A stretch of 64,000 nucleotides of DNA from a virus: IMG/VR virus record IMGVR_UViG_3300042258_000235, positions 25,633 to 89,632 of that record; one strand, 5' to 3'. This document shows, one piece after another, positions 21,348 to 33,378 of the stretch (position 1 is the first letter of the stretch; each line of letters starts with the position of its first letter). The notes under the pieces are model-generated. The model saw nothing but the letters and a program-made list of their open reading frames with translations, was not told the DNA's origin and did not search any database. The position numbers were made by a program, and so were the translations under genes.

Positions 21348-22860
21348 ATTCATCATCAATATCAGATAATATACCCCATGCATCATCATCTATATTATTT
21401 ACTTTAACAATATCTATATTTTCAAATATTTCAGTTGTTATCCCATAACACATTCAATATAAAGCTGATACTAAATCATCAACACCATCTATATTTGTAA
21501 ATGTATTATTACCTTTTTCTTTAAATGTACTTAGTTGTTTTGCTGTTGCAGAATCTTTAATAATTATGCTAAAATCTTCTATTAATTTTTTCATTGTTAC
21601 AACAGCTTTAGGTTTTGTTGATCTTGTAGCTCTTATTCCAATTTCATTTTCTGTTTGACCAGAATTATATAAATTTGGGTTTTCATATACTCATCAAAGA
21701 TTTTGTGAAACTGTGCTTCCTTCTCCGTTATTTTCAATGAAAATAATACAATTATTATAATATATACTCAATCTATTTATTATTGCTGATAACTCAAATG
21801 TATCTGTTTTGTTATCTTGGAATGTTGCAGTATTAATTAATTTTATAGGTTTTAAAGATTCTATTCTATATATTTGTATTGTTGCATCATGTTCTCCTGT
21901 TCCTTTAGAAGGATCAACCCCCATTATATATTGAGCATTAGAAATTTTTTCTTCAAATATTCTTAATCTGTTATTTAAATCAATTAATATTGGGTCTTCT
22001 AATTGTGTTGATATAAATTCTAATGCTTCTTTATTAACAACAGTACTAGATGAATTTAAAAAGTCACATGCATATTCTTGAGCAAATTTTTGTTCACCTA
22101 TATTACTAATTTGTATTTGTTTTCATTCTTCATCTCTTCCCGGAACTCTATATCATGGGACTTTTATATAAGCAAATTTATTTTTATTTTTTTCGGCTTT
22201 TGTATAAATTTCATGAAATAAATTAAACATTCCATTAGGCGTTGATATAATAATTATTTTTGATTTTTCTGATGCTGAAATGGCAGGATATACTGATCCA
22301 AAAAAATTTCTTGAAATATTATCATTTACAAAGGCAAATTCATCTAAAATTAAAAGTGATAAACTCCTTCCTCGAAATGTATCTTCTGTAGTTGCAGCTG
22401 TTTCAATTCTACTGCCATTATCAAATTCAATACTATTTTTATTATATTCAACAACACCTGGTTTAATTCATGAATGAGGAATGTCTTCATAAATAATTTT
22501 AATTCTTCTTAAAATATCTTTAGAAGAATCTGCTTTATTTGAAGCTATTCCTATAAATGAATCTTTATTGAAAATGGCATATCAAAGAGCATAAGTACCT
22601 ACTATAGTACTCTTTCCTTGTTGTCTCCCTGATAATATTATACTATATCTATTATCTTTAATTAAATTTATAATTTCATTTTGAAATTCATATATTAAAT
22701 TATCAAGTTTTTTTCTTCCCCCGTCAAGAGTAACTATAGTAACATATTTTATAAAATAAAATATATCTTCGCTACATTTCATTAATTCTTCAATTTGCCA
22801 TGGCTCATATTGTTCTTCTTGAAATGGTTCTTTTACATATTGATTATATTTTATTGTCAT
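21322..22860 (-). CDS. gp17: terminase large subunit (T4 gp17-like)
   Basis: GRQQGKST Walker A, LILDEFAF Walker B, IISTPNG, FAQEY, GVDP, IENN, DDLVSAL; TGA at conserved Trp sites (AL-W-YA, HS-W-IKPG, VP-W-YRVPGRDEE-W); 512 aa. Confidence 0.95.
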
Positions 22861-23170
22861 CTTTTAATCCTTTATATTTGCCCAGAACCCAACCTTTATT
22901 TAAATATTCATTTATTTTATCTTTTTCAATGAATTTATTTATTTTATTTTTATTCATTAACTTTTTATTATAATAAGTTCTTTATTATGTTTTTCAATTG
23001 TCATTGTTACCTATATTAATTTTTTAAATAATATTGTTTTTTATTTACTTTTATTACTATTTATTATATTATTTATTATTTATAAGAAAAGGATATATTA
23101 TGAAGCCTCTATCTCTTGATTCAAAATTATTCAGACATTCTTTTAATTTTTCAGATTCAGGAATAAAGTT

Positions 23171-23512
23171 ATGAAAAAAATAATTTTAATAGTAATAATT
23201 GTTGTTTTAAATTTTTTTATTTTATATAAATATTATAATTATTACAATACAAAGCTTAAAATTTATGAATCTCAATTAAGATTTTATAAAAAACCCATGA
23301 TAGAAAGGTTTATTGAAACTGAACTTGGGTATCTTTCTAGTGTAAATTATTATAAAATTTTTATGGGCAGGTATGGCGTTTCAGGCATAATTAATAATGA
23401 TTATTCAAAAAGAATAGTTTTAGATATATGCTGTAATAATGAATATTGTTTTATTAAAGATAAAAATATAATAAAAAATATTAATATAAATAATAATAAA
23501 AACTCGAAATAA
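23171..23512 (+). CDS. membrane-anchored hypothetical protein
   Basis: N-terminal hydrophobic helix MKKIILIVIIVVLNFFIL. Confidence 0.6.
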   Translation: MKKIILIVIIVVLNFFILYKYYNYYNTKLKIYESQLRFYKKPMIERFIETELGYLSSVNYYKIFMGRYGVSGIINNDYSKRIVLDICCNNEYCFIKDKNIIKNININNNKNSK

Positions 23513-23527
23513 AGGAATATATAATAG

Positions 23528-26500
23528 ATGTTTAATGATTTATTAACAGAGCATACACTATGAAAAGATGATACTGAAAAACAATCTCTTTTATCAATAA
23601 AAGTAAATTATGCTACAATTTTTTGAATAAATTATATGGGAATTTTAGGTTTATTTCAAAAATATGGCAATAATCCAAAAATAATTCAATATTTAAAAGA
23701 ATCGCCTCTAAATCCAAAAAATATAAATGATATCGAAAAAGTAAATGATTTAATGGCTATTATTAAACTAGTAGATGATAATACTCAGATTAAAGATGAA
23801 ATTTTTAAAAAAATGACTCTGTTACTAGTTAAAATTAGATCAAATAAAATTGATTCAATTGATGAAAATATTATAAGAGATGACATTGTTAAAAAAGTTA
23901 AAAAATCTGCAATATGGCCATATAAACCAGTAGAACAAGCTATTTGAAAAGAATTTCTTCCTGGAAATATTACTCTTATAGATATGCTACCTATTTTATA
24001 TGACGCTGCTGTTAAAAAGAAAACCTGTTTAGAATTTAGAAAACTATATAAACAATTAGATAGTACAGTTAACATCTCAATAGATGATACATCTCAAATA
24101 TCTGATAATAAAAATGATTTACAACAAATATTAACTGGCTCACAAGATGTAAGTACAGTATTATCAGACACATCTCAAAATAAAGATAATATTGCAGTTG
24201 TTAATAATATAACTTGAGATGATGTTTTAAATTATTTTACAGCAGATTCATTAGAAAATAATGAATATATTAGAATGATGTTTTATGCTTATTGTAATGA
24301 TAATGAAAAAAATATAATAAATGAAGCAAGAGAATATATACGATATTTTATTATCAATGAAGATGAATTTATAAAATTTATATGTTTAACAGATTATTCT
24401 TTTATAGATAAAAAATACCCTAATTTTTCAAAATTGTCAAAACCAATATCAAGTGATTTAAGCAAGATACATAATAATTTAATAAACTCTGAATATCAAC
24501 TATCTAATAATAACCCTTTAACATTATTATTTTTTTGTTATTATAATATAGATACATATTTTTTTGATAGTTTACGAGATGGTATTTTTAAAATAGAAAA
24601 TTATTCAGAAGATTTTCAAAAATTATTTAAAAATGTTGTATATGGGACATTAAAAGAATGATGATTAAATAATTTAATAGAAAAAAGTAGTATATTTTCA
24701 TATAATTTTATTTTTGATTATTTTATTAAAAATAAAGATTTTGATATTGTTCATAAATTAACTACAATATCAGAGAGCGAATTAAAATTATTCTTTCAAA
24801 GATTTTATGATTATGGGGATAATAGTGAAAAATTATTTGATGGTTTAACAGAGGATTTAAAAGTTAAATATTTTTCATATTTTCTTTCTTTACCTTCTAT
24901 TAATACTAAATTAAAAAATTATATACTTTCAGTAATTGAATTAAATGATATCATAAATAAAACTACAGATATGACATATGAAAAAATATTAAATTTAGTA
25001 TTTAAATGAAATGGAGTTAGAATTGATGTTTCATGACTTAAAAAAACTGATTATTATAATAATTTTAATGCATTTAAAAACTTATTAACAAAACATTCAT
25101 TATCTATAGAAGGATTTGTTGATTATTTACTAGATAAAAATGCTCTTTTACATCATAGTTATAGAGATTTACTTATAGAAACTGTAGATAATATTAACAC
25201 ATTATGTATTAAAAAGATAGTAGATACTAATAAAAAAAATATACCAGAGTATTTTACTAGTGATATTACAAAAAGCTTATTTGAAAGCGATTATATTAAT
25301 GATATAATACAATATTTAAAAAATAATAATTATATTAATGAAATAAATCAAATATTTTCTACAATTTCACGTAATTCATATTCATCCGAAATGCATTTAA
25401 ATAAAAATTCTTTTAGCATTATACTTAATGAGTATGATAGTTCATATAACTTTAATGAATTTATATATAAAGTTGTATTAAATAATGGTAAAATAGTTGA
25501 TAAAAAATTATTAATTGATAAACTATTATTAAAGAATTATGGCATATGAAAATATTTATTTAGTAAAAAATATTTTGTTGTGTTCATTAGAGATGAAGCT
25601 AAAGAACATAAAGAATTTATAACAACATTTATTGATAAGTTACTCTCTCCAGAATTAGTTAATAATATAGATGTATTAATGATAATACATAAAGAATTGA
25701 CAGAAAGAATAAAAAATAGTTTTAAAGATTATATGCCATATATTTCAATTCTATATAACTGAGATTTTATAGATGATGAATTTTTAGATTCTATATTAGA
25801 TACAACTGAAAAAATATGTTATTTAAATTCATTTATTTCTGCACGTTTAGGTTATACTGGTATAGATTTTGAAAAATTAAAGAAATATTTAAATAATTTA
25901 AAATTTACTGCTCAAGAACTTATAGATTTTAATGAAGAAAATTCTTATATATCATTTTTTGATGAATATAGATTTAATAGTTTTTTAGAACATACATCTT
26001 TTAAATCTGATGAGGATTTTACTAAATTCTTATCTTATATTTATACAAAAATGCATTTAAATAACTTTGATAAAAGTGAATTAATGAATATGTATAATAT
26101 AATTGTAGAAAAAATAGATATAAATAATCTAAATTTACTTGAAGATGTTATTGATAATATCTCAAATAATTTAAATACTGAAAAAAATAAAATTACTAAT
26201 GATTTTAAACAGGGTATAATAAATAACAATTTTTATTATAAAATTATTGAAAAAATGTATTCTGATAATAATCCATTAAAACCGGGGATTTCTATAACCA
26301 AAGATAGAATAAAAAAATTATTTAAATTTAATAAGTTTAAAATACCTACAATTCGTAAAAAGAAAAATGAAGGTTTTTCTGACTTAATAACAAGAACTAT
26401 TGATGTAATTGAATCTTTAGAATTACCAAATATTAAATTAAAAAAGATTAATGATACTCAAGAAGAATTAGAGAAAAGAACATTAGAGCTATCAAAATAT

Positions 26501-27181
26501 AATACTGGTAGACATGGAAATACGGCAGTAGAATTTTTAGAATCATTTGATTATGATTATAGATATCCTGAAGCAGATGAATTTGATAAAAGATTTGGTA
26601 CAGATAATGTTATTAAGGCTTTTTCAGGTACAGGATCAGTGGCTGCTAATTTTATTGTTAAATTTGGATTTACAGTCATACCATCTAATGATGAATCTAC
26701 TGTTGGTCGTATGCTTGATATTAAAAATTTACATATGGTTAAACCTAAACTTTTAGGAAATGAGTTAAAATATGATCCTCGAGATGATGCTAATTCATAT
26801 ATAAATTTAATATCAGATGGATATTTTCCTGTAATAAAAGAAGATTATGAATCATATGACAATTCATTATATCATAAAGCAATAATAAATAGTGTAGGCG
26901 GAGTTTATTTTTCAGATGCTTTAGATAAATGTGCTCAATATATTTCAGACACTGGATATTCTAGAAAACATGGAGATGTTGGTTATCTTATTGAGCTTGA
27001 AGCAAATTTAGGAAAAGAAAATTTACATTATAGAGCAGCAGGATTAGGCTCTGATTCAATTAGATCTGCTGAATATGCTGTATGTTGACCTAGAGCACAA
27101 TTAAGAATTAAAAGAATACATAAAGTAAGAAGAGTATCAACAGATAAAATTAAAAAATTAAAACAAAAATATTATATTTAA
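23528..27181 (+). CDS. large (1217 aa) protein with a C-terminal PARP-like ADP-ribosyltransferase domain
   Basis: Five ORF-track fragments share one frame joined by TGA; C-terminal AFSGT..ANFIVKFGF..GRML..GGVYFSDALDKCAQY..GYLIELEANLG..AEYAV..AQL. Confidence 0.75.
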
Positions 27182-27195
27182 AAAGGAAGAAAATA

Positions 27196-27507
27196 ATGAG
27201 TTTTAATAAATTTTTAAAAGAAGAAAAATTAATAAAAGATTATGTAATTTGTTTCACATTTAATCAAGGATTATTACCAGATAAAAATGGAAAAATAATA
27301 AATTGAAAACAATTTGAAAATAAATATTGTAATGAAAAAACATTATATTTTGAGGGTAATAATCAAGGAGTTACACTAGTTTTTCATAGTAAAAAAAATA
27401 TTAAAAATATTAATAATCATATACCCGATATAGAAGAATTTATTAATAAAAACCCAGAAGGGTTATATTCTCAATTTCAAATTTTAATGAAAGAATTGAT
27501 TAAATAA
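27196..27507 (+). CDS. hypothetical protein with an FLKE leader
   Basis: 103 aa with one TGA; starts MSFNKFLKEE; AAGGA RBS. Confidence 0.65.
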
Positions 27508-27673
27508 TATGAATATTCCAACTTGAAAAGAAATGATAGAAATAGTTTAATTTTTTAATAGGAGGGTATAAATTTTATACCATCCTATTTTTTTATTAGG
27601 TGTAGTTCTGTCTTGAAGTGTAACTATATGACTTAAAATAAGAGACTAGACATATAGCCTAGCCTCTTAACTG

Positions 27674-27919
27674 TTATATTTCTACGTTCCCAAGTATCCC
27701 TGGGAAAAATCTAAGAACTTCTTCCCTGGAATTAGGGTTAGATGCATATAGCAGTATGCCTCTTGATATTCTGTAGCCGGAGTGGCTAACTCCAGCTATC
27801 TGGTCTTCCAGAATCTGCCTCATGCGAAGCAAATTATTATAGTCCATATTATTTTCGTCTTTGCCTCTTAGGACAGAGATTAATATCTCTACCTTTGCCT
27901 TCATTATAAGCATTTTCAT
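27674..27919 (-). CDS. hypothetical protein
   Basis: 81 aa; AGGAG RBS, its own TTTACT-N17-TATATT promoter and a downstream hairpin. Confidence 0.6.
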   Translation of the reverse strand: MKMLIMKAKVEILISVLRGKDENNMDYNNLLRMRQILEDQIAGVSHSGYRISRGILLYASNPNSREEVLRFFPGILGNVEI

Positions 27920-28224
27920 AATTATTCTCCTTTTTGTTTGTTGTTAATTAATATATAATATAGATTAAAACAAAAGTAAACAAAAAAATGAAATAATTTT
28001 AAAAAATCAATAAATTTATTTTAAAGCATCAAATATGAATTATAAGACTCTTTATTTCAAATCAATAGTTACCTATTAATAAAAATTTAAATTAAATCTC
28101 ATCATTGTTTCATATATTATTTTATATAAAAAAGTTTTATACTATTAATATATATTATATATTATAAAAAACACGTTTACAATATATTGAATAAATAATA
28201 ATATATATGAAATAAGGAGATATT

Positions 28225-29667
28225 ATGGAAGAAGTACATTTAAAATATTATTCAAATTTAAGATTTAAAATAGATACAGATGAGTATGATTATCTTTCTG
28301 ATTTAAATCAATATTTTTCCTGTTATTCTGAGGGATTTAGATTTTCACCCTTATATAAGACTGGGCAATGAGATGGAAAAATATATATGTTAAATAAATC
28401 TAATTTAACATTAGCTTTAGGATTATTAACTGATTTTTTGAGATTTCATAAAAAACAATACCCAAATTATAAATTAGTAGTAGATAATGAAATAAAAGAT
28501 ATTATAAAAAGAGAAGATGTTTCTGATTTTGAATTAGAACAATGCAAGTTATGAAATTATAGAGATTATCAAGAGCTTTGTATAAAAAAAGCTCTTGAGT
28601 ATAAAAGAGGTATTATAAGAGCTTGTACGGGTGCAGGTAAAACATTAATAATTTATGGTATTATTAAAAATTTATTAAAATATAATAAAATTTCTAATGC
28701 AATAATAATAGTTCCCTCTGTATCTTTAATAAAACAATTTTACTCAGATATTATAGAATATGGTATAGATGAAAATGACGTTGGAATGTTTTATTCTAAA
28801 ATAAAAGAATTTGATAAAAAAATAATTATTTCAACTTGACAAACATTAAAGAACAGAAAAGACATTGTGCCAAGTTTTGATTGTATTATAGTTGATGAGG
28901 CGCATGGTTCAAGAGCACGTCAGCTTTCAGATATTTTGAGCATATCTGAAGCAAAATATAAAATAGGATGTACAGGAACATTACCTGATGATCAAATAGA
29001 ATTATGAAATATTAAAAGTTATTTAGGCCCTGTTTTACATGAAGTTTATACATCAGATTTAGCTGATTTAGGTCATTTATCATATTGTACTGTAAAATTT
29101 TTTAATATAAAATATAAAACAGGAACAAAATTTAATAGAGATTATTTTAAAGCAACTGAAGAAATTTTTAATAATGAATTTAGATTAAATATTATTAATA
29201 ATATTGTTAATAAACTAGATGATACAGCATTAATATTAGTAAATAAAGTTGAAACAGAGGGTCAATTTTTAAAAGATCTTATAATAAAAAATACAGATAT
29301 TAATCCTGATAATATTACATTTATCTCAGGTAAAATGAATGCTGATATGAGAGAAGAATGAAGAAAACGAGTAATACAAAACCCAGATGAAAAATATATA
29401 TTAGTTGCAACTACACAAGTTTTCAGTGTGGGTATAAATATACCCAATTTAAAATATTTAATAATGGCATCTCCTACTAAATCTAAAATAAGATTACTAC
29501 AATCTATAGGAAGAACATTACGTATATCAGGTAATAAAAAAGAAGGTGCAATCATTTATGATATATGTGACCATAATAATAAATGATTCCCAAAACATGG
29601 GAATATAAGATTAAGACATTATTATAAGGAAAAATTTAATGTTGAAGAATATGAACTAAAAGAATAA
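28225..29667 (+). CDS. uvsW: UvsW-like SF2 DNA helicase
   Basis: Absent from the ORF track because of TGAs; GQ-W-DGKI, CTGAGKT, IST-W-QTL, VDEAH, GCTGTL, QSIGRTLR; 480 aa. Confidence 0.93.
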
Positions 29668-29745
29668 TTTTTTATTTACAATAACAAAAAAATATTATAT
29701 ATTATTTTTAACTTTTTAACATTGTTCTTTAAAAAATAAAATATT

Positions 29746-29832
29746 GCCCATGTGATGGAACTGGTAGACAAAAGAGACTTAAAATCTCTTGGCTTTATAG
29801 CCGTGGGAGTTCAAATCTCCCCATGGGCACCA
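29746..29832 (+). tRNA. tRNA-Leu(TAA)
   Basis: Cloverleaf; anticodon arm AGAGA-CTTAAAA-TCTCT, long variable arm, encoded CCA. Confidence 0.95.
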
Positions 29833-29837
29833 AAAAT

Positions 29838-29912
29838 AGGCCAATAGCTCAATGGCAGAGCAACGGACTCCAAATCCGAAGGTTGTGGGTTCAAATCCTA
29901 CTTGGCCTGCCA
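29838..29912 (+). tRNA. tRNA-Trp(CCA) with an A27:A43 mismatch (4-bp anticodon stem)
   Basis: AGGCCAA/TTGGCCT acceptor stem, G73, encoded CCA; anticodon arm ACGGA-CTCCAAA-TCCGA. Confidence 0.95.
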
Positions 29913-29934
29913 AATATAAAATAATAAAAATTAT

Positions 29935-30010
29935 TCCCCAGTAGCTCAGTTGGCAGAGCAGATGGCTGTTAACCATCGGGTCCGCGGTTCAAGTCCGTGC
30001 TGGGGAGCCA
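29935..30010 (+). tRNA. tRNA-Asn(GTT)
   Basis: Cloverleaf; anticodon arm GATGG-CTGTTAA-CCATC, encoded CCA. Confidence 0.95.
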
Positions 30011-30024
30011 AAAAAGGAATAAAA

Positions 30025-30261
30025 ATGCCAGTATGTCATAAATGTCAAAAATTTTATCCACCAGACTTTGTTAATAATAATATATGTGATTTCTGCAAAG
30101 AAGGAAAAGATGTACTAGTTACTTCTGATAATATTGTTTATAAAAGAGAAGATGTTATTGATGATTATATGGATCTTTTGACTCGCTTAAAAAATTCAAG
30201 TAGAGTGCAAACTTTATATCATGAATCATTGATTAGAGAGGGATTAAAAAATAGTGAATAA
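30025..30261 (+). CDS. small Zn-finger protein
   Basis: MPVCHKC...CDFC; AAGGA RBS (the ORF-track start lies inside the tRNA and is wrong). Confidence 0.65.
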   Translation: MPVCHKCQKFYPPDFVNNNICDFCKEGKDVLVTSDNIVYKREDVIDDYMDLLTRLKNSSRVQTLYHESLIREGLKNSE

Positions 30262-30286
30262 GAAGTTTATCTTTTAAGGCGAGAAG

Positions 30287-30323
30287 ACTCCCACTTCAAC
30301 GAAGCGAAAGTGGGAGTAGTTCA
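30287..30323 (+). mobile_element. IS200/IS605 (TnpB-type) right-end hairpin remnant
   Basis: ACTCCCACTT-N11-AAGTGGGAGT followed by AGTTCA; a GC-rich island in an AT-rich spacer. Confidence 0.5.
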
Positions 30324-30352
30324 AATAAAACTGTATTGGAGAATAGAGTATA

Positions 30353-31366
30353 ATGAAAACAGTAATGAGCCATATATATGCAAGTGATTTAGGGGGGTGT
30401 GGTATAATACGTTCATGAGTACCCTCTATAATAGCATCTCAATTTAGAACAAAAGACACATCATATATACAAACTTATAATTATCAGTTTGTTCCTAATG
30501 CAGATTGATATAAAAATTATAAATGAGTTAAATTCCAAAGACCTGCAGAAGAACATCATTTTCAAATGATTAAATTTATTAAAGAAAAAACCCAAACGAA
30601 AATTTTATTAGATTTTGATGATGATGTTTTTTGTATACCAGAATCAAATATGGCTAGATCATATTACGAAAAAAGAATTAATACAATTAAAAAATGTATT
30701 GAAGAGGCAGATGGAATAACAGCATCTACAAAAACATTAAAAAATGTATTATCAAACTATAATAGTAATGTTGAAGTATTGCCTAACTATATTGGTAAAT
30801 TTCTTTGAGGTGAAGCAGAATGAAAAGAAAAAAATCATAAAAAACCTAGAATTTTATATCCCGGATCAGCAACTCATTTTAATCAACAGGGTTCTGGTGG
30901 AGATTTTGATAAAAAATTAATAGATTTTATATCAAAAACTATTGATAAATATGATTGATGATTTGTTGGTGGTGTTCCATATGAATTAAAATATAATAAA
31001 AAAATAAATTATATTTCTTGAGTTAATTATTTTGAGTTTCCTTCTTATTTAAAGAATCTTAATGCAAATATTGCACTGGCGCCATTAAAAGAAAATGATT
31101 TTAATAGATCAAAAAGTAATATTAAATTATTAGAATATTGTGCTATAGGTGTATGTGGATTATTTCAAGATATAGAACCTTATTTTAATAGTACACAAAA
31201 ATTTAAAAACTCAGATGAATTAATATCAAATATAGAAGAATTAGCTTTTGATGAAGATAAACAAAAAGAAGTTTGACAAAAAGATTTACAAAAAAATATA
31301 AATAATATATATATAGAAAATAACATAGAAAAGTGAATTAATAAAAACTTAAAATTGATAAGGTAA
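30353..31366 (+). CDS. glycosyltransferase (GT-B-like)
   Basis: With TGA=Trp: SDLGGCGIIR, FQRP, LDFDD, VLPN, IALAPLKENDFNRSKSNIKLLEY; 337 aa. Confidence 0.8.
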
Positions 31367-31372
31367 TAAAAA

Positions 31373-31696
31373 ATGAATATTACAGAAAAAATTGACAGAT
31401 TTTTGAATGAAGAAGCATTAAAATGGGATAAATTAAAAAAATGGCTTAATAGTTCAGAATGGAAAAAAGCAATTCCCCATAAATATGAATTTTATTTAAC
31501 AAATTCAGGATTTGCCATATCTATTGAAGGTATTGAATGTATTATTTTTAATGGAAATGAATTAAAATATAATGAGCTTAATAATAAAGGGAAAATGAAA
31601 AGTGGTATGAGTATTAAAGTTTCTCAAGCTGAAATATATAAATTATGTTTACAAGAAGTAGAGAAAGCTGGGTTTCCCGTTCAAGAATGGAAATAA
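31373..31696 (+). CDS. hypothetical protein with a KIDRFLNE leader
   Basis: 107 aa; starts MNITEKIDRFLNE. Confidence 0.7.
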   Translation: MNITEKIDRFLNEEALKWDKLKKWLNSSEWKKAIPHKYEFYLTNSGFAISIEGIECIIFNGNELKYNELNNKGKMKSGMSIKVSQAEIYKLCLQEVEKAGFPVQEWK

Positions 31697-31759
31697 GTAA
31701 AACTATCAACCACTCTCTTCTAAAGAGTTGGAATTTCTCCGCTACTTTATATAAAATAT

Positions 31760-32011
31760 TTGGATAAAGATGCTAAACAAATAGAAGGAATTATAACCGA
31801 GCCGCCTAGAGAAGAATCTAGTGTATTAATTCTTAAAAATGGCATAAAAATAATATATAATCAATTTGAAAGTTGGTGGCAAAGTGCAGATATTCCTTCA
31901 GAAGCTCAAAATAAAAAAGAATATAGTACTTGGCTAGATAAAGTATATAAAAATGCAGGAGGACCAGATAAAGCTAGAACATCTGAATTAAATCCATTTA
32001 AATACAAATAG
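31760..32011 (+). CDS. hypothetical protein
   Basis: 83-aa ORF; start codon uncertain (TTG). Confidence 0.5.
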   Translation: MDKDAKQIEGIITEPPREESSVLILKNGIKIIYNQFESWWQSADIPSEAQNKKEYSTWLDKVYKNAGGPDKARTSELNPFKYK

Positions 32012-32030
32012 AAACTTCAACTATGATCTT

Positions 32031-32088
32031 TAAGACACTTTTTTACCTTATTAATATTTAATTATTAGTAGAGATAAAAAGTGTCTTA
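32031..32088. terminator. inverted repeat between convergent genes
   Basis: 13-bp inverted repeat TAAGACACTTTTT/AAAAAGTGTCTTA. Confidence 0.55.
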
Positions 32089-32096
32089 GAATTTTT

Positions 32097-33299
32097 CTAT
32101 AGGTTTATTATATTATCTTTTTTTCTATTCTCTTCTTTAATATTTAATTTATTATCTCATATATATCCAGTATATTCTTCTACATTTTGTAAATCAATTC
32201 TAATTCCATTTATATAATTTTTATTAACAATATAAATATTTTGACTTGCTTTAGAATTTAAATTTAATCTATTATAACTATATCCATTACCTCCACATAA
32301 ACTTCCAGATCTTGCAAAATAATCACTTATATAACATTCATGTATATGACCAAAAATTATATAATCTATATTAATTCCTTCTGTTATATATTTACCTTTC
32401 AGTTCCTGAATTGATTTTGATAAATTATTTTGATTTAATCTATCACCATGAATAAATAGAATATTTTTATTTTTTATTTTTACAATACAATCTATAAGAT
32501 TTGATGCTAGAAATTTTATATTAGAATTTTTAAACATTATTTTAAGAAAAGATATTATTGTTAAATCATAATTATCACTAACTATAATTTCTGTTTCTCC
32601 TATTTCATAACTTCTACTTTCATTTCCAACAACATAACAGATAGAAATATCTGGAAAATATTGATGTAGGTGTTTAATAAATTGTTCTAATATTAAAGCT
32701 GCTCAATATGTTGCTTTAGCTCTACTTGTTATCATTGAAGTTTTTTCGTCTGGTCTTCTGTCGGAATTTATCATATCTCCGGTAAAAGCTATTAAAATTT
32801 TATCAATATTATTGTTTTTAAAATTTTTTATTATTTCTGTAGCATATTTTTCTAATCTTTTGCTGGCAATATCAAAATTATATTTATTATTAGGTAAATC
32901 AATAAATTCATTAAAATGTGCATCTGATAATTGAACTATACCAATGTAGTTGTCATTTATATATTCATATGTAGGATTATAATCATATATATGAGTTTCT
33001 TCAATAAGTTCTTTTAATTCTGTTATATATTGCTGAAGATGATTTGTTTCTCTATATTCAGATCTGATTTTTCTTTCTACTCTTTGTTGATCTTTTAATC
33101 TTTGATTTTTTAATTCTAAATCAATAGAATATTTTAATAAATCTGGATTTGAATTTAATTTATTTTCATGATATTCTGCTAAAATTTTTCTTACTGTTCA
33201 TTCTGATACGCCATATTTTTTATAGATAGAATATCTACCCATATTATTATTGATATGGTCGTCTAATATTTTTTGTTTTAGTTCATTTGTGATTTTCAA
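32097..33299 (-). CDS. calcineurin-like metallophosphoesterase with an N-terminal HTH
   Basis: TTG start after GGAG; LSDAH, TGDM, VGNE, IHGD, FGHIH motifs; three in-frame TGA. Confidence 0.8.
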
Positions 33300-33321
33300 A
33301 AGTTTCTCCAATTGTTTTTTA

Positions 33322-33350
33322 TTTACATTTTTTAATATTTTTAATATTAT
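33322..33350 (+). promoter_or_regulatory. sigma70-like promoter TTTACA-N17-TATTAT
   Basis: 17-nt spacer; in the divergent intergenic region upstream of the HD/kinase gene. Confidence 0.6.
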
Positions 33351-33378
33351 TTATTATTAAAATAAAGGATTTTAAATT

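Noticed and set aside
22844..22957. 37-aa ORF (..EYLNKGWVLGK..) upstream of terminase
   Set aside because: It resembles the C-terminal tail of a lost homing endonuclease but is too short to call a gene
29779..30024. ORF 29779-29976(-) and the 5' extension of ORF 29950
   Set aside because: Both overlap the tRNA genes; the real downstream gene starts at 30025
29700..30030. Theta/HDV-like ribozymes flanking the tRNAs, as reported in other recoded phages
   Set aside because: The spacers are short and AT-only; no nested double-pseudoknot sequence is visible
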